Source of the DNA: Candidatus Rokuibacteriota bacterium
GTDB lineage: Bacteria; Methylomirabilota; Methylomirabilia; Rokubacteriales; DASRDR01
NCBI GenBank assembly: GCA_044866005.1
Contig: JBIOTN010000115.1
Span: 1 to 14,174 of the forward strand
Direction: 5' to 3'
DNA: 14,174 bases
The notes beneath the pieces were generated by a model that saw only the letters and a list, made by a program, of their open reading frames with translations, had not been told where the DNA came from and searched no databases. A program made the translations under genes and the position numbers. Of this stretch, positions 14,089-14,174 are shown piece by piece; within the stretch, counting starts at the first letter, position 1; every line of letters begins with the position of its first letter.

Positions 14089-14174
14089 CTTCGGGCCGGC
14101 ATCCGAGCGGCGGCTCCGCCGCCGCAACCGGTCCGAGGGGGAGGCATCGGAGGGGGCAGTCGAGGCCCCCTCCG
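14075..14174. repeat. REP-like multi-hairpin element running to the window end
   Basis: Three hairpins: CGAAGC-N7-GCTTCG (14075-14093), GCGGCGGC-TCC-GCCGCCGC (14107-14125) and CGGAGGGGGC-N7-GCCCCCTCCG (14148-14174). A degenerate relative lies at 5710-5730. Confidence 0.7.

Overview
A very GC-rich bacterial segment. The style and terminal repeat are reminiscent of Ca. Rokubacteria, but that assignment is only an impression. From left to right it contains: (i) a minus-strand operon encoding an LLM-class flavin oxidoreductase, a secreted alpha/beta hydrolase and an amidohydrolase_2 enzyme, continuing off the left edge; (ii) a partly decayed plus-strand DNA-repair cluster (DUF3175-like remnant, intact Fpg/Nei glycosylase, truncated family-4 UDG) interrupted by an oppositely oriented DUF222-HNH endonuclease gene; (iii) a minus-strand run of GcvT-family dimethylglycine/sarcosine dehydrogenase-like gene, an 8-Cys small protein, etfB, etfA and a BBE-like FAD oxidoreductase; (iv) an RHH-antitoxin/VapC toxin pair with a clear sigma70 promoter and a 12-bp-periodic operator array; (v) a beta-hydroxyacid dehydrogenase followed by a REP-like multi-hairpin element at the window end. 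The best candidate for an undescribed system is the DUF222-HNH gene. Its N-terminal region aligns by eye with the ParB/Noc DNA-binding domain. Its own ORF carries a perfect 18-bp parS/NBS-like palindrome (ACGTTTCCGCGGAAACGT), and the unit is bracketed by a CTAGCG direct repeat. All family assignments come from motif recognition; no searches were run.
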